From contig OZ249437.1 of NCBI GenBank assembly GCA_965235115.1, positions 35,898,001-35,962,000 on the forward strand: a stretch of DNA of 64,000 bases, written 5' to 3'. Numbering within the stretch: position 1 is the first letter of the stretch; each line of letters begins with the position of its first letter. The translations under genes and the position numbers were made by a program. Origin of the DNA: Laetmonice hystrix (Eukaryota). Positions 1-12,400 of this stretch are shown piece by piece. The notes under the pieces were generated by a model. That model saw only the letters and a list, made by a program, of their open reading frames with translations. It was not told the DNA's origin and did not search any database.

Positions 1-145
1 ACGGCATGACAACAGGAGTACAATTAAAACAAAACACATTTATATGTACATACATGACAAACACTTACAAGGGCCTTAAATCTATATACAGAAGCTTAGT
101 TATGTGACGCATTCAAAAATACCTCCCATTTTTTAAGAAACCTTC

Positions 146-1757
146 CTATTTGTTTGTATTCTTTGCTACTTTATTTTCTACCATTAATTCTTCGTTTAAA
201 CTGCTTTTGAAACCCGTTTGTTCTGTAATTGTTTCCTTAACTTTACATCCATAAATATAATACTTTCCTAAAGGTACAACACTGTTCCATATTATGATAT
301 TTTGAGCTTCTGACAGGTCTCCGAACAAAACACACACTTCTGATAAATTTAACATTGCCATGTACTAACAATTGTATTAAACCATGTTTCAACTTGTCTC
401 CAAAATATTTAGACCTTTACGCACCTATAGAGTAAGTGGACATAGTGTTTCTTTATCGGCGTTACAAAATTTGCATTGATCCGTATCTTTGACACCCATT
501 TTAACTAAGAGGGGATTTAAAGCGACTATATTATGCAAAACTGTGTACATGTATTGAAATTCCTGTATTTTCTTAATATTCCATATGCTATATATGCATT
601 TGCTAGGATGAAGATGTAAGGTGACAGAGGATACCCCTGACGTACGCCCAGGGCCGGATCGGGCGTGGGGGGTGGGAGGTGGGGGGTTGCAACCTCCCTT
701 AGAATCCCCCCATAAAAGAAAAAAAAAGTTGTCGAATTCTTTCCTGAAAGAACCACGGTATGAATCTGAAATCTAAAGTGGTAATTACCCAATATCCCAT
801 CAAATAATAATAATAATATAAGAGAACAACAGCCAATAACTGGCAATGATACATTGATAGGCCGACTAGATGTCTGCAACCCCCATCCCCCCGCTCCTTG
901 GAAAAAATCCTGGATCCAGCCCTGCTTACCCCCTTTCTAATTTACAATATTAGGGTCATTCCATGTCAAATCGACCAGTGGCTCCCGGGTGACCATCTCC
1001 AATTTTTTTCTTATTTGGCATGTAGTTAGATCTATATATCTGAAGTACATTTCTGAAATTTTTCTTCCACATTCCCAACGGTTCCCATGTTATACCCCCA
1101 TGAGTTTGGGTGGGGGTACCCCTGAAAAAAAACGCTTCTTTTTCTGAGCCGTTTTTAGAGGGCTGCCATTCAGAAATTATAAGAGCTGGCAACTTGTATT
1201 TTTGCCCACTGAAACTTTAATATGTAGAGACCAGGAAAAAGTAATAACATTTTAATTCTCTGCTTATTCCTTGGAGCACCATGACCCCAAAATAGAAAAA
1301 AACACATCGGAGAAAAAAAATTCAATATTCAAACATTTTTCATGCAAAAGTTCCTTCTTGTAATTTCTTGATCTTTGGGGATTTGATTTATGGTTATATG
1401 AGGTGCATGCAAACACCAAAATAATCTTCTAAAAATAGACACAGGTGGCGCCACTAGTGGTCAAAGTTGGCCGATCGCTAAATATGACCCATTTTGAGGG
1501 GCCATTTTGCCTATGTTGCCAAGGTGGAAGAGCATTGTGATATTTTTTCCTTGATAAAGTACATTTTGGACATTAAAGAAAACTAAGTCCCTAATCCCTT
1601 CCATACTTCCTTCCCTGTCAAATAGTTTTTCAAATAATATCTCACCTAGGTTTTTCTCTAGTTCTTCCAGCTTTTGCATTAATTCCTCCTCCTTAGACCT
1701 TTGTTTTTGAGCACGTTGTTTTGAATATATCCCGTTTATATCCAATATCCAACACAT
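146..1757 (-). pseudogene. Decayed, internally deleted L1/Tx1-clade LINE ORF2 fragments (copy 1)
   Basis: Minus-strand fragments: post-endonuclease helix [23 protein letters not shown] (about 1757-1650); RT motif [18 protein letters not shown] (about 940-600, split by a MITE); C-terminal cysteine motif CKFC..ET..HLLYRC..FW (about 480-380); C-terminus [11 protein letters not shown] (361-146). Stops and frameshifts throughout. Confidence 0.8.
649..924. mobile_element. hAT-like MITE inserted into the L1 RT motif
   Basis: TIRs CAGGGCCGGATC / GATCCAGCCCTG. Imperfect 8-bp TSD cgtacgcc (641-648) / cttacccc (925-932). Removing it restores L-E-R-G-V-R-Q-G. The same insertion is at 31421-31693. Confidence 0.65.
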
Positions 1758-4093
1758 GACTATTGTCTAAGTGTTTCAAGACTAGTGTTTACTTAATCAA
1801 GCTAAATTGCTTATTTACTAAATTGTGCCATGTACATGCTGCATCACGTAGCTCAATCAGTGTTTCCAACAACCATTTATGTATTTATGTACTGGAAATA
1901 AATAATTTCTGATCTTATATTATCTCATTTTATCTAATCTTATATTCTATCTCATCTTATCTTACATTGTTACAGTATATTGGCATTATATTAATGTTTA
2001 GAGAGGTAATATCACCGATAACGTCTGGCATCTGGGTATGCGTAAGGCCAAATTGTTCCCCCCTCTAGAAAAAGTTGTTCCACTAATTAGATTTTCTTAG
2101 ACTTTTGATATGTTATAGAGCAGCTCATGAGCTTTCATTTGGTATATGGTGTATTACTATTGCAATTTGTTTTGGGTTACGGCCCATTTGAGCACAAATC
2201 ACCCGGTCTATAAGTTACGTCAATATCGTGCGTTAAACCACAGTAGCGTACTTTACTAGTTTACTGACTCTAGATTCACGGTCAGCACAACAAACAGGGT
2301 AACAGCGATTACCGGTACGCTAAACGTTGGGCGATGAGGTAGTCCATTTTACTGGGTATACAAATGGTCTCGCCATCTAGTGGCAGACCGGCGCACTAAT
2401 TCCACAGACAAAAGGCAAGGCGCCTGTTAGGCTATCAGTATCACTGCAGTTCATGCTTGAAACACTGAGACGTATACAAGTACATTGTACTTGAAAAAAA
2501 CCCAATCTGTCAGCTAGATGATCGCAATGCCTGCTTTTATTTCAAAGCCAGTGACTCAGAAAGTTTACATAATTATCAGCCTCTCACGGCCGGTAAATTC
2601 GAAAAGTCCGACTGTGAAATCATGTGAAGGATGCACACTGGACTGATTGTAAGGATTCTCTCCCACAGTTGAAACAACATCCCTGCAGACATACATTGGT
2701 GTGGCTCCGATCGTGCAGGAGCATTACCATCTGACGTGGTGCACCAACACCTTGCATAAGAAAGCAGAGACTGATGTGCCGTTCACTCTGTGAGGTCTAT
2801 CGGAATCCGTACCCCGACCCCTGTCCGCCTTGCCCACATCCTTCTGATCTACGCCAACATCTTGTAGTCGTTGTAGCCACAGCCCCCTACCCTCCTTTAT
2901 CAGCACTCCTGCCGGGCAGGGCCAAATGCTACTGTATCCTGGGCTCCTACCCATGCCTCCCCCATCTCCTTTCTCCATCTGTTGCCCACGTGGGTTTGGC
3001 CAGCGATGCGTTGCATCCCCCGAATTACTGTGTGTGGCCCCCACGCACGAACACCTCCAACAACATGCTCAACTGCAACAGCACATGCACAAGCACACCC
3101 ATCGCAGAACTCCTATAATTGATCCAAATGACTTACAGCCAGTGTCCGTTTCTTAGGACCCGTTGGCGCGCTTCAGCATCTTTTGATGCCTAATGGTTTG
3201 CTAAGCTTAGTTAGTCAATTACGGGTGGTGCTAGGACGGCTGACACCTAGTGGGGCATGCAGTCAACTCGAGTTAGTCAAACGGTAAAACCTGTCCACCA
3301 AGACAAAATGAGGTTGGCAATACGGGTAACGTACCACATCAATATCGCCAAAGCAAAGAAATAAACTACAAGCAGGAAACTTCAAAGAGAAAGAGTTAGA
3401 ATTAGGACTTTTAACTGATCGTCTTTTGTTGATGATGAAAAGGGTTTGATCACGGAAACTTTCTCAGAAATAATGTTTTTAGAGTCAGAGCACCAAAGAA
3501 ACACATGTGATGCAATAATTCAAGTTTCAAGCTGCAAAATAGTTCAATAGTTCAGAACACTGTTTCTAATCAGCTAAACCATACTTTTCTGGTTTGAATC
3601 ATTTTGACTTTTAGACCATGATTCAGAGTCAATCCAAGGGAAAATGTGTTGCCCTACCCTGCCATCTAGTGGCTTGATTCTGAACTACACCTGTAAATGC
3701 TGACAGTACCAGGCAGCCACCTTCTACAATTGTTCGTCTCGTTGCCATTCTAAATTTCGCTTTTTACAGATTTATGGTGTTTAGAAAGTACTGTTCACTT
3801 ACAGTAAACTGATATGTGTGTAAATCTATGAACAAATCGTTAATATAACACTTACATGATCAGAAATTATTAACAAACAAATGAAAATATAGGTATATAT
3901 TCGGTTCTTGCTTTGATAATTTCTCAATAAATGGGAGAGGTGATCATCTGTTTAAGAAAAGGGATTGGCGAACTCTATATGGGAGACCATTAAAAAAATC
4001 AACAGAGGAACTGCACTGATTCCAAGAGGCTGGGACAGCCTGTGGTGAGCCGGCATATGGAATGATTGTGGAAAGATTTGAAATAAGACTTAC

Positions 4094-6355
4094 CATCTAA
4101 GAATATATCACTACATAGCTCTTTGTCCAACCAGAACATGTGTGCAATTGGTCCTGAAAAGAAAGTATATTTCATCAACTCATTATTGTGCTATTAACAT
4201 ATCTGGTTGCATAAGGTTTATGTACGGTACAAACACAAAGCATTTGAAAACTGGCAAGCGTAGTAATTCTGTCTTTTGGGAACGACTGAAGTTCATTTGG
4301 ACTTACTGGGGTAATCAAGAATTAAAGTTGGATGCATGGGGTGATGCAAAACCAACATTTTCATATACTACTTACAATTCATTAATCAACATGGAGACTT
4401 GATTTTCTTTATAATCTACATCTCCTCTATTGCAAATCAGATTTGATAGTTAGAAAAAGTAGTTAGAAGTTTTAAATCAATTTCAACACATAAGATAAAA
4501 AGTGCATTCGCTTGATTCAGTTTGTAAACAAGGCCAGTAATATCTGACACCAGAATCTTAGACCTACTCGATGGATTCTCTCTATCTTCTGCCTTTTTCC
4601 ACATATTTCACCTTTTATTTAGTACAAGGATACTCACCTGGATCAGCCAAACCAGTTGTTTCCAACAAGATGTAATCAAATTTGCCTTTCTTCTCCATGA
4701 GGTTCTCTATGGCCTTCACACCCACATCTCTGAAAATCAAGTATAAGCAAAAATAACTCCTATACTATTCTGTTTCTTTTTTTATATCATATATAGACAG
4801 GGTTTCCGCCAGAAAATAATTAATGGGGGGGACGGGCGAGCCCGGAACGGGGGGGGGGGGGTCTGGGGGCCCTCCCCTAGAATTTTTTTTTCATGAACTC
4901 CGGAGATGCGTTTTCCTGGCCTCTCAGAGCGAGAATAGCTTAAAAAAAAACACTGCTCTGCAGATTTATGGGGGGGATATCCCCCTCATGTCCCAATCAT
5001 GGGGGGGATAAATCCCCCCGTCCCCCCCTCTGGCAGAAACACTGATAGATCTACAGTCAATATGCCATGATAAGATTAATACCTTTCAACTGCAATGCGC
5101 TGGAATACCTGGTACTGTAACATGTAGCAAATGTACATCTACTTACTTGACAGAGCAACAGAGACATCCATTTCGCAGTTCAAGCCACTCTTCAAATAAT
5201 TCTCCAGACTGTCCAACTGACATTGACTTTTCTATAGAACTCCCTAATGAGAAATAATCATAAGTCATTATCAAATTATATGCCAAGTCTCGTTGTTTTT
5301 ATAATTTCTAAGAATATCCCATATCATCGTAACAAATCTTTTCTTGTATGTAAACTAGCAGTCGGAAAATATAATTACCTTCTCCAAATTCATTGAGAAT
5401 TACAGCAATACGCTTTCCATGTTGCTCTGTAAGAATGTAGTTCATTAAGGTCGTTTTCCCAGCTCCTTAATGAGATAAACATAAAGTAAATCATGAAAGA
5501 ATATAAAATGAGATTTATATCCGGGTAATATTTCTAATGGTGTTTAAAGTCCATGTCCTTATTAAAAGCTTGTATTGTGCAGATTGATGCAGTGAGGATT
5601 ATTTTGCGGCAATTTTTATTTTTACGAATTGATTTCGGAGTGAGGAAAATGTAAAGTTTTGAGGAAAATGTAAAGTTTTCAGAAAAAAAAGGCAGTTGAA
5701 ACTATGTAACTTCCAAAAATATAACCAACTGGACTGCTTGGGGGTTACACCTTCTGCGATGTTATAGAGCAAATGTACCTAAATCCAAGCCATATTCTAT
5801 ACCAAAACTCATAAAATCCAATATGAACTGATATTTTCACAATTGTGAACCACAATATGTATTTGAATACATACAATTATATTAGAAATCACATGATATT
5901 AAAGTCTGCCTGGTTACAGATTGGGAACAAGATGATTCTTAGTGTAATAACATACCGCGGTGGGGTTTTCTTCAAAAATATGTGAAGTACACAAAAGACC
6001 CAATACATTTTTATTACTGGGGGTATACTTTAATGGACCTCAATCGCAAAGAGAACGTTTGTTGTGATAAAATACATTCATTACTCTACAAACATTTAGA
6101 TGTGAGAAGTTAATCTATAGACAGCACATATATTATTATTTTAAATGCTGTTTGCTTGAACTTTCTATAGAATACATTAATAAGGACTGCAGTAGAGATG
6201 AATCTTCACAACATACCCAGAAACCCTGTGATGACTGTTATAGGAACATGGACAAGTTTAGCTGGTACCAATTCTGGAGCATCCTCATCATCCTCATCAT
6301 CCGTCAGTGTCTCAGACATGACACCACAGTCCTCTTCATTTCCAAAATATGACAT
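4094..6355 (-). CDS. ZNG1: Zinc-regulated GTPase metalloprotein activator 1 (COBW-domain, G3E GTPase); coding exons 1-5 only, gene continues left of the window
   Basis: Exons (minus) 6355-6217, 5465-5379, 5243-5147, 4729-4638, 4153-4094, all GT-AG and phase-compatible. Translation: [143 protein letters not shown]. It has the Walker A, CxCC metal-binding and ETTG motifs and a PELVP docking-like motif. Exon 6 was not found inside the window. Confidence 0.93.
4798..5044. mobile_element. Poly-G MITE with CAGGGTTTCCGCCAGA TIRs and 5-bp TSD
   Basis: Left cagggtttccgccaga, right tctggcagaaacactg (2 mismatches). Flanks are ATAGA on both sides (4793-4797, 5045-5049). Lies in ZNG1 intron 3. Confidence 0.75.
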
Positions 6356-9300
6356 TTTTGTCAGCCTTTTTTTGCACTGGCTAGAAATAAAGCATAATAC
6401 AGAGTTTCATGCTGACATCACTTCCCGTTAGCGACAACTGTGGTGGCCATCTTCCTGGGTGAAAACAAGTACATCGCATGTAGTAAATATTGTTAGAACT
6501 AATATGATTTGGGTGCTACCCAGGGGTGAGCGCAGTTTTATTTAGCCTAGCTACTACAGTTTTGTTTCAGCTTTCCATAGCCAAATAGTCATTGATAATG
6601 ATACGCCGGTCCGGGTGTCTGCCAAGTCAGGCCAAAGAATTAGAGAAAACGTCAGCCCCGGGAGTAACAGGTCACTTAGCAACACCCATTGTCGTCTTAT
6701 GACGACCATGGTAATATTGTCACGTCACAGTAGACTTTGGAATAAGCATGTGTTGATATTGTGACATCACAGTGGAAATCAACAGATCGGGTTCTAAATC
6801 CACAGTCTAGCAGGCTAAGTTTTCCGCCATTTTCACTTCGGTCAAGCGGCCGTAAACGGGAGCGATTGGCCGTTACGTTTCCGACAGGCGATTTGACGTG
6901 AAGAGTAGGTAGAATCAAATGGAAAAGTCACTAAATGTTTGGAATCTATTTATAGAAGTGGCAGATAAGGAAGCGGTTTGTAGATTCCCATGCGTTTGGA
7001 AAATTTGAATTTCGATGCAGTGCAATTTAAGCCAATCAGATTGCTCCGATTTTGCCGGCTCCGTAATACCACCAAAACCTCTACGGATTTCCATATCCGA
7101 TCGATGCACGGTATGCAGCTCTCCTTGGGTATAGAGCTTGCTTCGTGAGCCGCTTTGCGGCTCGTTGTGCTCGCTATGATAATGTCTGGTATGTACTGCA
7201 GACAATGCAGACTGCGCAGCGAGCCGCACAGTGAGCACAGCGAGCTCGCTCGTGAAGCGAGCTCTATGACAACAAATGTGAAAGGGTAGCCATGGCGACA
7301 CATACCGTCTCACATAAAATTTTCGTCACGTAAAACCGGAAAAACTATGGAGGAAATCCATGGAGGGTCATGTGACCCTTGCACAGCATGTGTGATTTGT
7401 GACGTCACAGTGAACAAACAGTTGATGAGTGTTCACTGTGACGCCACAAAATCCCGACGTCCGTGCCGCTGAGTGACCAGTGCTGACATTGTATACTGTT
7501 GGCCTCTCGTCGCTGCGCTCGCCCTCTAGGACTAGGTAGCACCTACAGGTACATCATATTATCTAGATATCTACATAATCTAGTACTAAATTCAACTTAA
7601 AGTGGGTTCCTACTAGTTCAAGTATAACCATGGCATTGGCATTGCCATGCACCCATGCCCATGGGCATGGCCTTTCCTTTCTAAAACTAAAGCCAACTTT
7701 GTTGCTTTAATGTATTTCTGCAGTCTGGACATTTTAACATTAAACCTCACCCCCCCCCCCCCCCCCCCCACACTGGGAAGTACGCTTTACAGAGTCTGTA
7801 CCGTACACTGTTAATGTTATTGGGGCCGGGGTGTTTCAGTTTGGGTTCAGTATCAGTGCTGCCAGGCCCCAGAGCAGGACCAGCCAGGGCCCAGGCCAGG
7901 GGGTTCGCCATTCTCTCCCAGGGTTCACCGCGCGGGCGGATTTCACCTCTGTGGACATCTAAACAAAATGCACAAAATTTGAACATTCGATGTTCCCACC
8001 AATATCATCTAGAAATTAGTATCAGTCCTTTTTCTGTTTGTCCCCGACATTACAGAACAATGACACACATGTCATGTCATGGACTCTTTACATGGAATTT
8101 TGACTGATAACTGAGGAACTCTATCTTCGGACGGGTATTACTGGGGTATGTAATAAGGTCAGTGAACAAGTCGTGTAAATATACATTCGCCGGTTGTCAA
8201 GATTACGAGGGTACGAAATTGTAACGTCACAAACTTTGCCGATCTCCGGCGATGACAGTGCTTGGATTAAGAAAGGAGGGACCTTCCTAAACAATTCTAA
8301 GTCTGTGACATTGTTTGGTTCAATATTTTATCCCCTTATGTCACGTTTCGACGTCCGTCCTTGTGTATTTTAGGAGTTAGGGGCGTTTGAACTGCCGAAG
8401 CGAAGCACCGTCCGCCATTATATCAAAGACCTATGAATGATTATATTTAGGCCCCGTTATGATCACATTCCATTGTGACCCATTGTGACGTAGCGCTATT
8501 GTGAATTGTTCCTGACGTCGCTGACATTGACAACGTGCTACACGTGCTCGTTGTTGCCCTGGTTATTGTCTAAAAAGATAGTCCCGGTTAGATGTCAACA
8601 GAGGTGAAATCCGCGCCATCGTCCCCGGCGCGGTGAACCCTGGGAGAGATTGGGGGTTCGCGTGCAGACGAGACGAGCGATAATGGAAGAAATGTTAAAC
8701 GCTTACACACATACCTAATTTTCAAGACCTACACGCGACACGTTTACTATATATCCCTCCCTAGACTTCGTTCTGAGAAGTGTTGGCACAATAAAATGTA
8801 TTCTATTACGTGAAATATCAAGCGAACTAAGGTCCAATTTTCTCTCGTACCCGAAATCGCACTGTAAGTGTAACGTGAATTTTGTTCCCAGGAATGTTTA
8901 CATTCACAAGTGTGATTATTCGTCGCCAGATGTCGCTGGTGTTGCTTCATTTCAGTCGAGCAGAGAACAACCCGGGTCAGTCTAGTTTTTCAACTTATAA
9001 GAAGCAAGCAACCAAAAAAAGAAGATAACATTCTGCCATAAAAAGAATTTTCATTGAAGGATATGATATAAAATTGATTCAGGATAACCAGCATGTGGCC
9101 ATTTCAGGCATCACTTAATCATGGGGATACTTTTTCATATGACATTGAGATCAAAGGTTATCAGTGTTTACAAACAAAGTTGGACAGGTGGTGTCTGATC
9201 AACCCTGATTAAACATTAGTTACTATCGACGAAACCAAGAGAAACCGATCAGTTAGAGCTTCAGTGCTCATGATATCGGTATGACACGAATCTTACATCT

Positions 9301-9413
9301 GCCTTTACTCAGTCAAGACTCAACAACATCTGTGGCTGTGCCTGTGGTGGTGTAAGCCAGTGACAGTGACTTCTTATGTTTTGGTATCTCCACATCATCA
9401 CATGTATATGCAG
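6356..9413. promoter_or_regulatory. Divergent (head-to-head) intergenic and promoter region of ZNG1 and CCDC17-like
   Basis: Sits between the two start codons and is locally CpG-richer. It contains TGACGTCA (about 7400), several TGAC(A/G)TCA-like sites, a CCAAT box (about 7032), a YY1-like gccatctt (about 6446) and X-box-like sites at 6671-6683 and 8553-8566. TSS positions cannot be determined from sequence. Confidence 0.5.
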
Positions 9414-9430
9414 GAACTTGAGGCTTCACA

Positions 9431-12400
9431 ATGTTCAGATGTGAGGGTTGTCAGATGAGGTTTGACTCCACGGATTTACTACACCGTCATGAGGAGCGCT
9501 TTTGTGATGTCAGACAGAATATAGGCTCCTGGTTAGGGGAAGTGGAAGAACCTCCCAGTGATCTTATGCTGGAAAAGGTATAGCCTACAGTACCGGCAGT
9601 AAAGGACTTGTATTTTGTAGATGAATTCAATTAGCTATAAACTTTAAATTTCTATATGAAAACTGAACTTTGAGTGGTGCAAACAAATTATGACCTGAAT
9701 GTAGACAAATGGCCCTGTGATAATATTGTAGGTTGTAGAATTGAGAGAGTTAAAAGACAAAAAGGCTAAGTGGCGCCAGGAGAGAGCTATCGATGACAGA
9801 TTTCTGCTTGATAAATTGGCATCAACACATAAACTGGATCGAGAGGAAATTAAGGTCAGTGATTATATTTTTCAGTTAATTAATTCTTACAGAACTTTTG
9901 TTCCATTCATTTGCAATTGCACATCATCATTATGATGTTTTTCTAGAGACAGAGAAGGCAAGAGAAAGATCGAGAAAGAGAAGTTCGATACGAAGTCCAA
10001 CAAGAACAGTACAACAGAGTAAAGACTCAAATTAGTAGTCAGAATGAGGTTTTACATTCTCTCAACAAAGGTTTGTCACTTTGCCTCATTCTAACAGTGT
10101 CTCAGTGTGTGTAACAGTCCTCTAAAAAATGGCTTTCTTTTAAAGTTGTATGGCTGACAGCATCCAATATCAACATCCATATGAAATCGCTTTTGTGTCT
10201 AGTTGTAAAAAACATGAAACAACTAGAAAATGGCTCTAGTATTTTTGATTGATTTTATCATTCTTTCATTCTACAGACCTTGAAGAAAAGATGAGGAGAG
10301 TTGAGAATGCTAGAATCCGTAAGGCGATTGGTGCCCCACCAGCCAATAGTATGCCAGTTTATAGGTAAATTATCATTGTCTTTATTGTAAACTTCAAACA
10401 ATATCTCTGTGTTTTTTATGGTGTTTAGCTCATATTCTAATGAAAGAAAACATGGTGAAATCTTCAGGACAATAAATTTTTGTGGACAATAATCTTTATG
10501 AAGGTTATACATGGGTAATGGAGACCAGTACGAGCAATAAATAACTTACTCAATAGTATAGACAACCTTCAGTAGATATTTCAGTACATAATCCCCAGTA
10601 AATATTTTGTGACTGTACGACCCAGTCCTGAGATCAGTGGTATCCAGGAGAAGATTGACGTTATTGAGGAGACATTCAGCTCTGTGAAGTCTCGACTCTA
10701 TTACATGGGAGGCTGTGAGCCCACAGTGGAGGAACCTGAGTCAGACTTCACCTCAGATTCTATGGATCTCCCTGAACTGGATGCTGAGGGATCCAACGGG
10801 ATCAGAGCATCACTTGATGATGGAAGACAGAGTGATGGAGGGTCAGATCAGATGAGGGTTCATGAATATGAAGATAAGGGACGAGTCAATATGATGAGGG
10901 AACTTTTGGAAACACAGACTTCACCAACAGAGGATCATCCTACAGATCTTGTCAGTGATCGATGGAAACATCTGGTGAAAATAACCAAAACTGGAAGGCC
11001 TGCCGCTGAACAAAGGTTCTTTTAGTTACTTAAAAAAGTGATACATAGTTTCAGTTATATGTTTTGTGCCCTTTCTCTGTTATTATTATCATTCTTTTTT
11101 TTGCGCAAGAAGTGCGTTAGTTTGTTCTGTTTGTTCCAGAGATCAAAGCATTATGCCATCATGAATTCAGACTTTGCCTTTCTGGAGAGCCTCAACATGG
11201 AGTTACAATATCCTAAGATTTACATGTACATGTATAGTGATTGTGAGGATTCTTCAGGTACAGCCTAGGAAGCCACCAAAGCCAAAGGTCTGACAAAACA
11301 AAACGTTATGTCATGTCTTTTTTGTATTTTCTAACTCGTAGGCATGGCTCTTTTCATCCAAGGCCTAAAGAACTGAAATGTTACCAGTATAGCATTGCAT
11401 GTGACATAATTATAAAGCATGTTTTCACTGTAGCTCTAGGAGACCCGCAGAGTCAGGAGGACCAAGTGTTCTCACTGAAATCAGGTAGGCTGTGACTCAT
11501 CATGCCTTTTGTGGAATGTTAGAGGAATTGGAAAATCCAATCTCAGAAACAAAAGAATTTGGAGACTGTTGGAGTGATTAAATGGTCTAATTGGCAGCAT
11601 TGATAGCAAACTTTTCCAAATTTGCCATAGCTCCTTATAGCTGGGGAAGATGGGGGAAATATCTACTTTAATAAAACCACACTTCTTTAGACTACAGTAA
11701 TGTATCATTGAAAGCTTTTACCTGTAAGCAAGATTTAGTCATTGCATGTCTGATTTTTAATTCGGTTACAGAAAAGTGCGGGAGTCTTACCTGAGACAAG
11801 GGGGCAGCAACCCAGATGTTCTTGCTCGTATCAGTCAGTTGGAACACAGTGTTGTGCCTGTTGGAGACACAGACATTCACAGGAGCAATGGTAGATAAAT
11901 ATCTAATTTAAGAGTTACCATGATCATCATGTTTCCATAAATTGACTAGTTTGCAAAGCTACATAATTACTACAGAATTCATAAAATACAAGGGCTGTGA
12001 AATTAAAGGTGTAGATAAGTTATAGAGTGTCGAAGTTGTGCAAGAACCTGTACATTTATCTCTGAAAATCGACTTTGCTTGTTATTGCATTACCACATTA
12101 TCACAGTGCATTTAATAGTGACAGTCACATTCTTTACTCCTCGTCTGTTGCTCATGGCCCGATCTTATTTTATTCTCGTATAGTTCATCAATAGCCTCGT
12201 GATTTTTCTACTAGATAATATGAGAAGAGTGACAAACCAACTGGCTGTACTTGAGGAGGAAAATTCCAGTCTGAACGAGCAGCTGCAGTTACTGCAGGGT
12301 CATCGAGTTGATGACCTCAGTCTGGGCTGTAAGTGAATGGATATAGCAACACTTTACATTCCACACCACTCTGGTCAGGATTGGATGGGGAAATACCAAC

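Larger units (their letters stand above)
1..2210. mobile_element. Right-hand part of a foldback-type non-autonomous DNA element carrying L1/Tx1 cargo (copy 1, truncated by the window edge)
   Basis: Near-identical direct repeat of 30779-32980, with only a few substitutions and small indels seen (e.g. ctgtgtacatgtattg vs ctgtgtattg). Similarity stops exactly at ...cacccggtc-TA (2210 / 32980). Lies in the ZNG1 intron after exon 5. Confidence 0.85.

Noticed and set aside
2724-3156. Three overlapping 76-114 aa ORFs in a C-rich block
   Set aside because: No recognisable domain or splice-compatible link to ZNG1. Low-complexity composition explains the open frames; possibly an old repeat.
6915-7313. 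Two overlapping minus-strand ORFs (132 and 117 aa)
   Set aside because: No motifs; GC-rich promoter or repeat sequence with few stop codons.
7747-7770. Long G/C homopolymers throughout the window as G-quadruplex signals
   Set aside because: Most lie inside MITEs or their remnants, and homopolymer lengths are unreliable in assemblies.
11139-11268. Exon-like segment in CCDC17 intron 5
   Set aside because: Hits a stop in the phase-2 frame required by the flanking exons, and 11015 joins 11440 cleanly without it.
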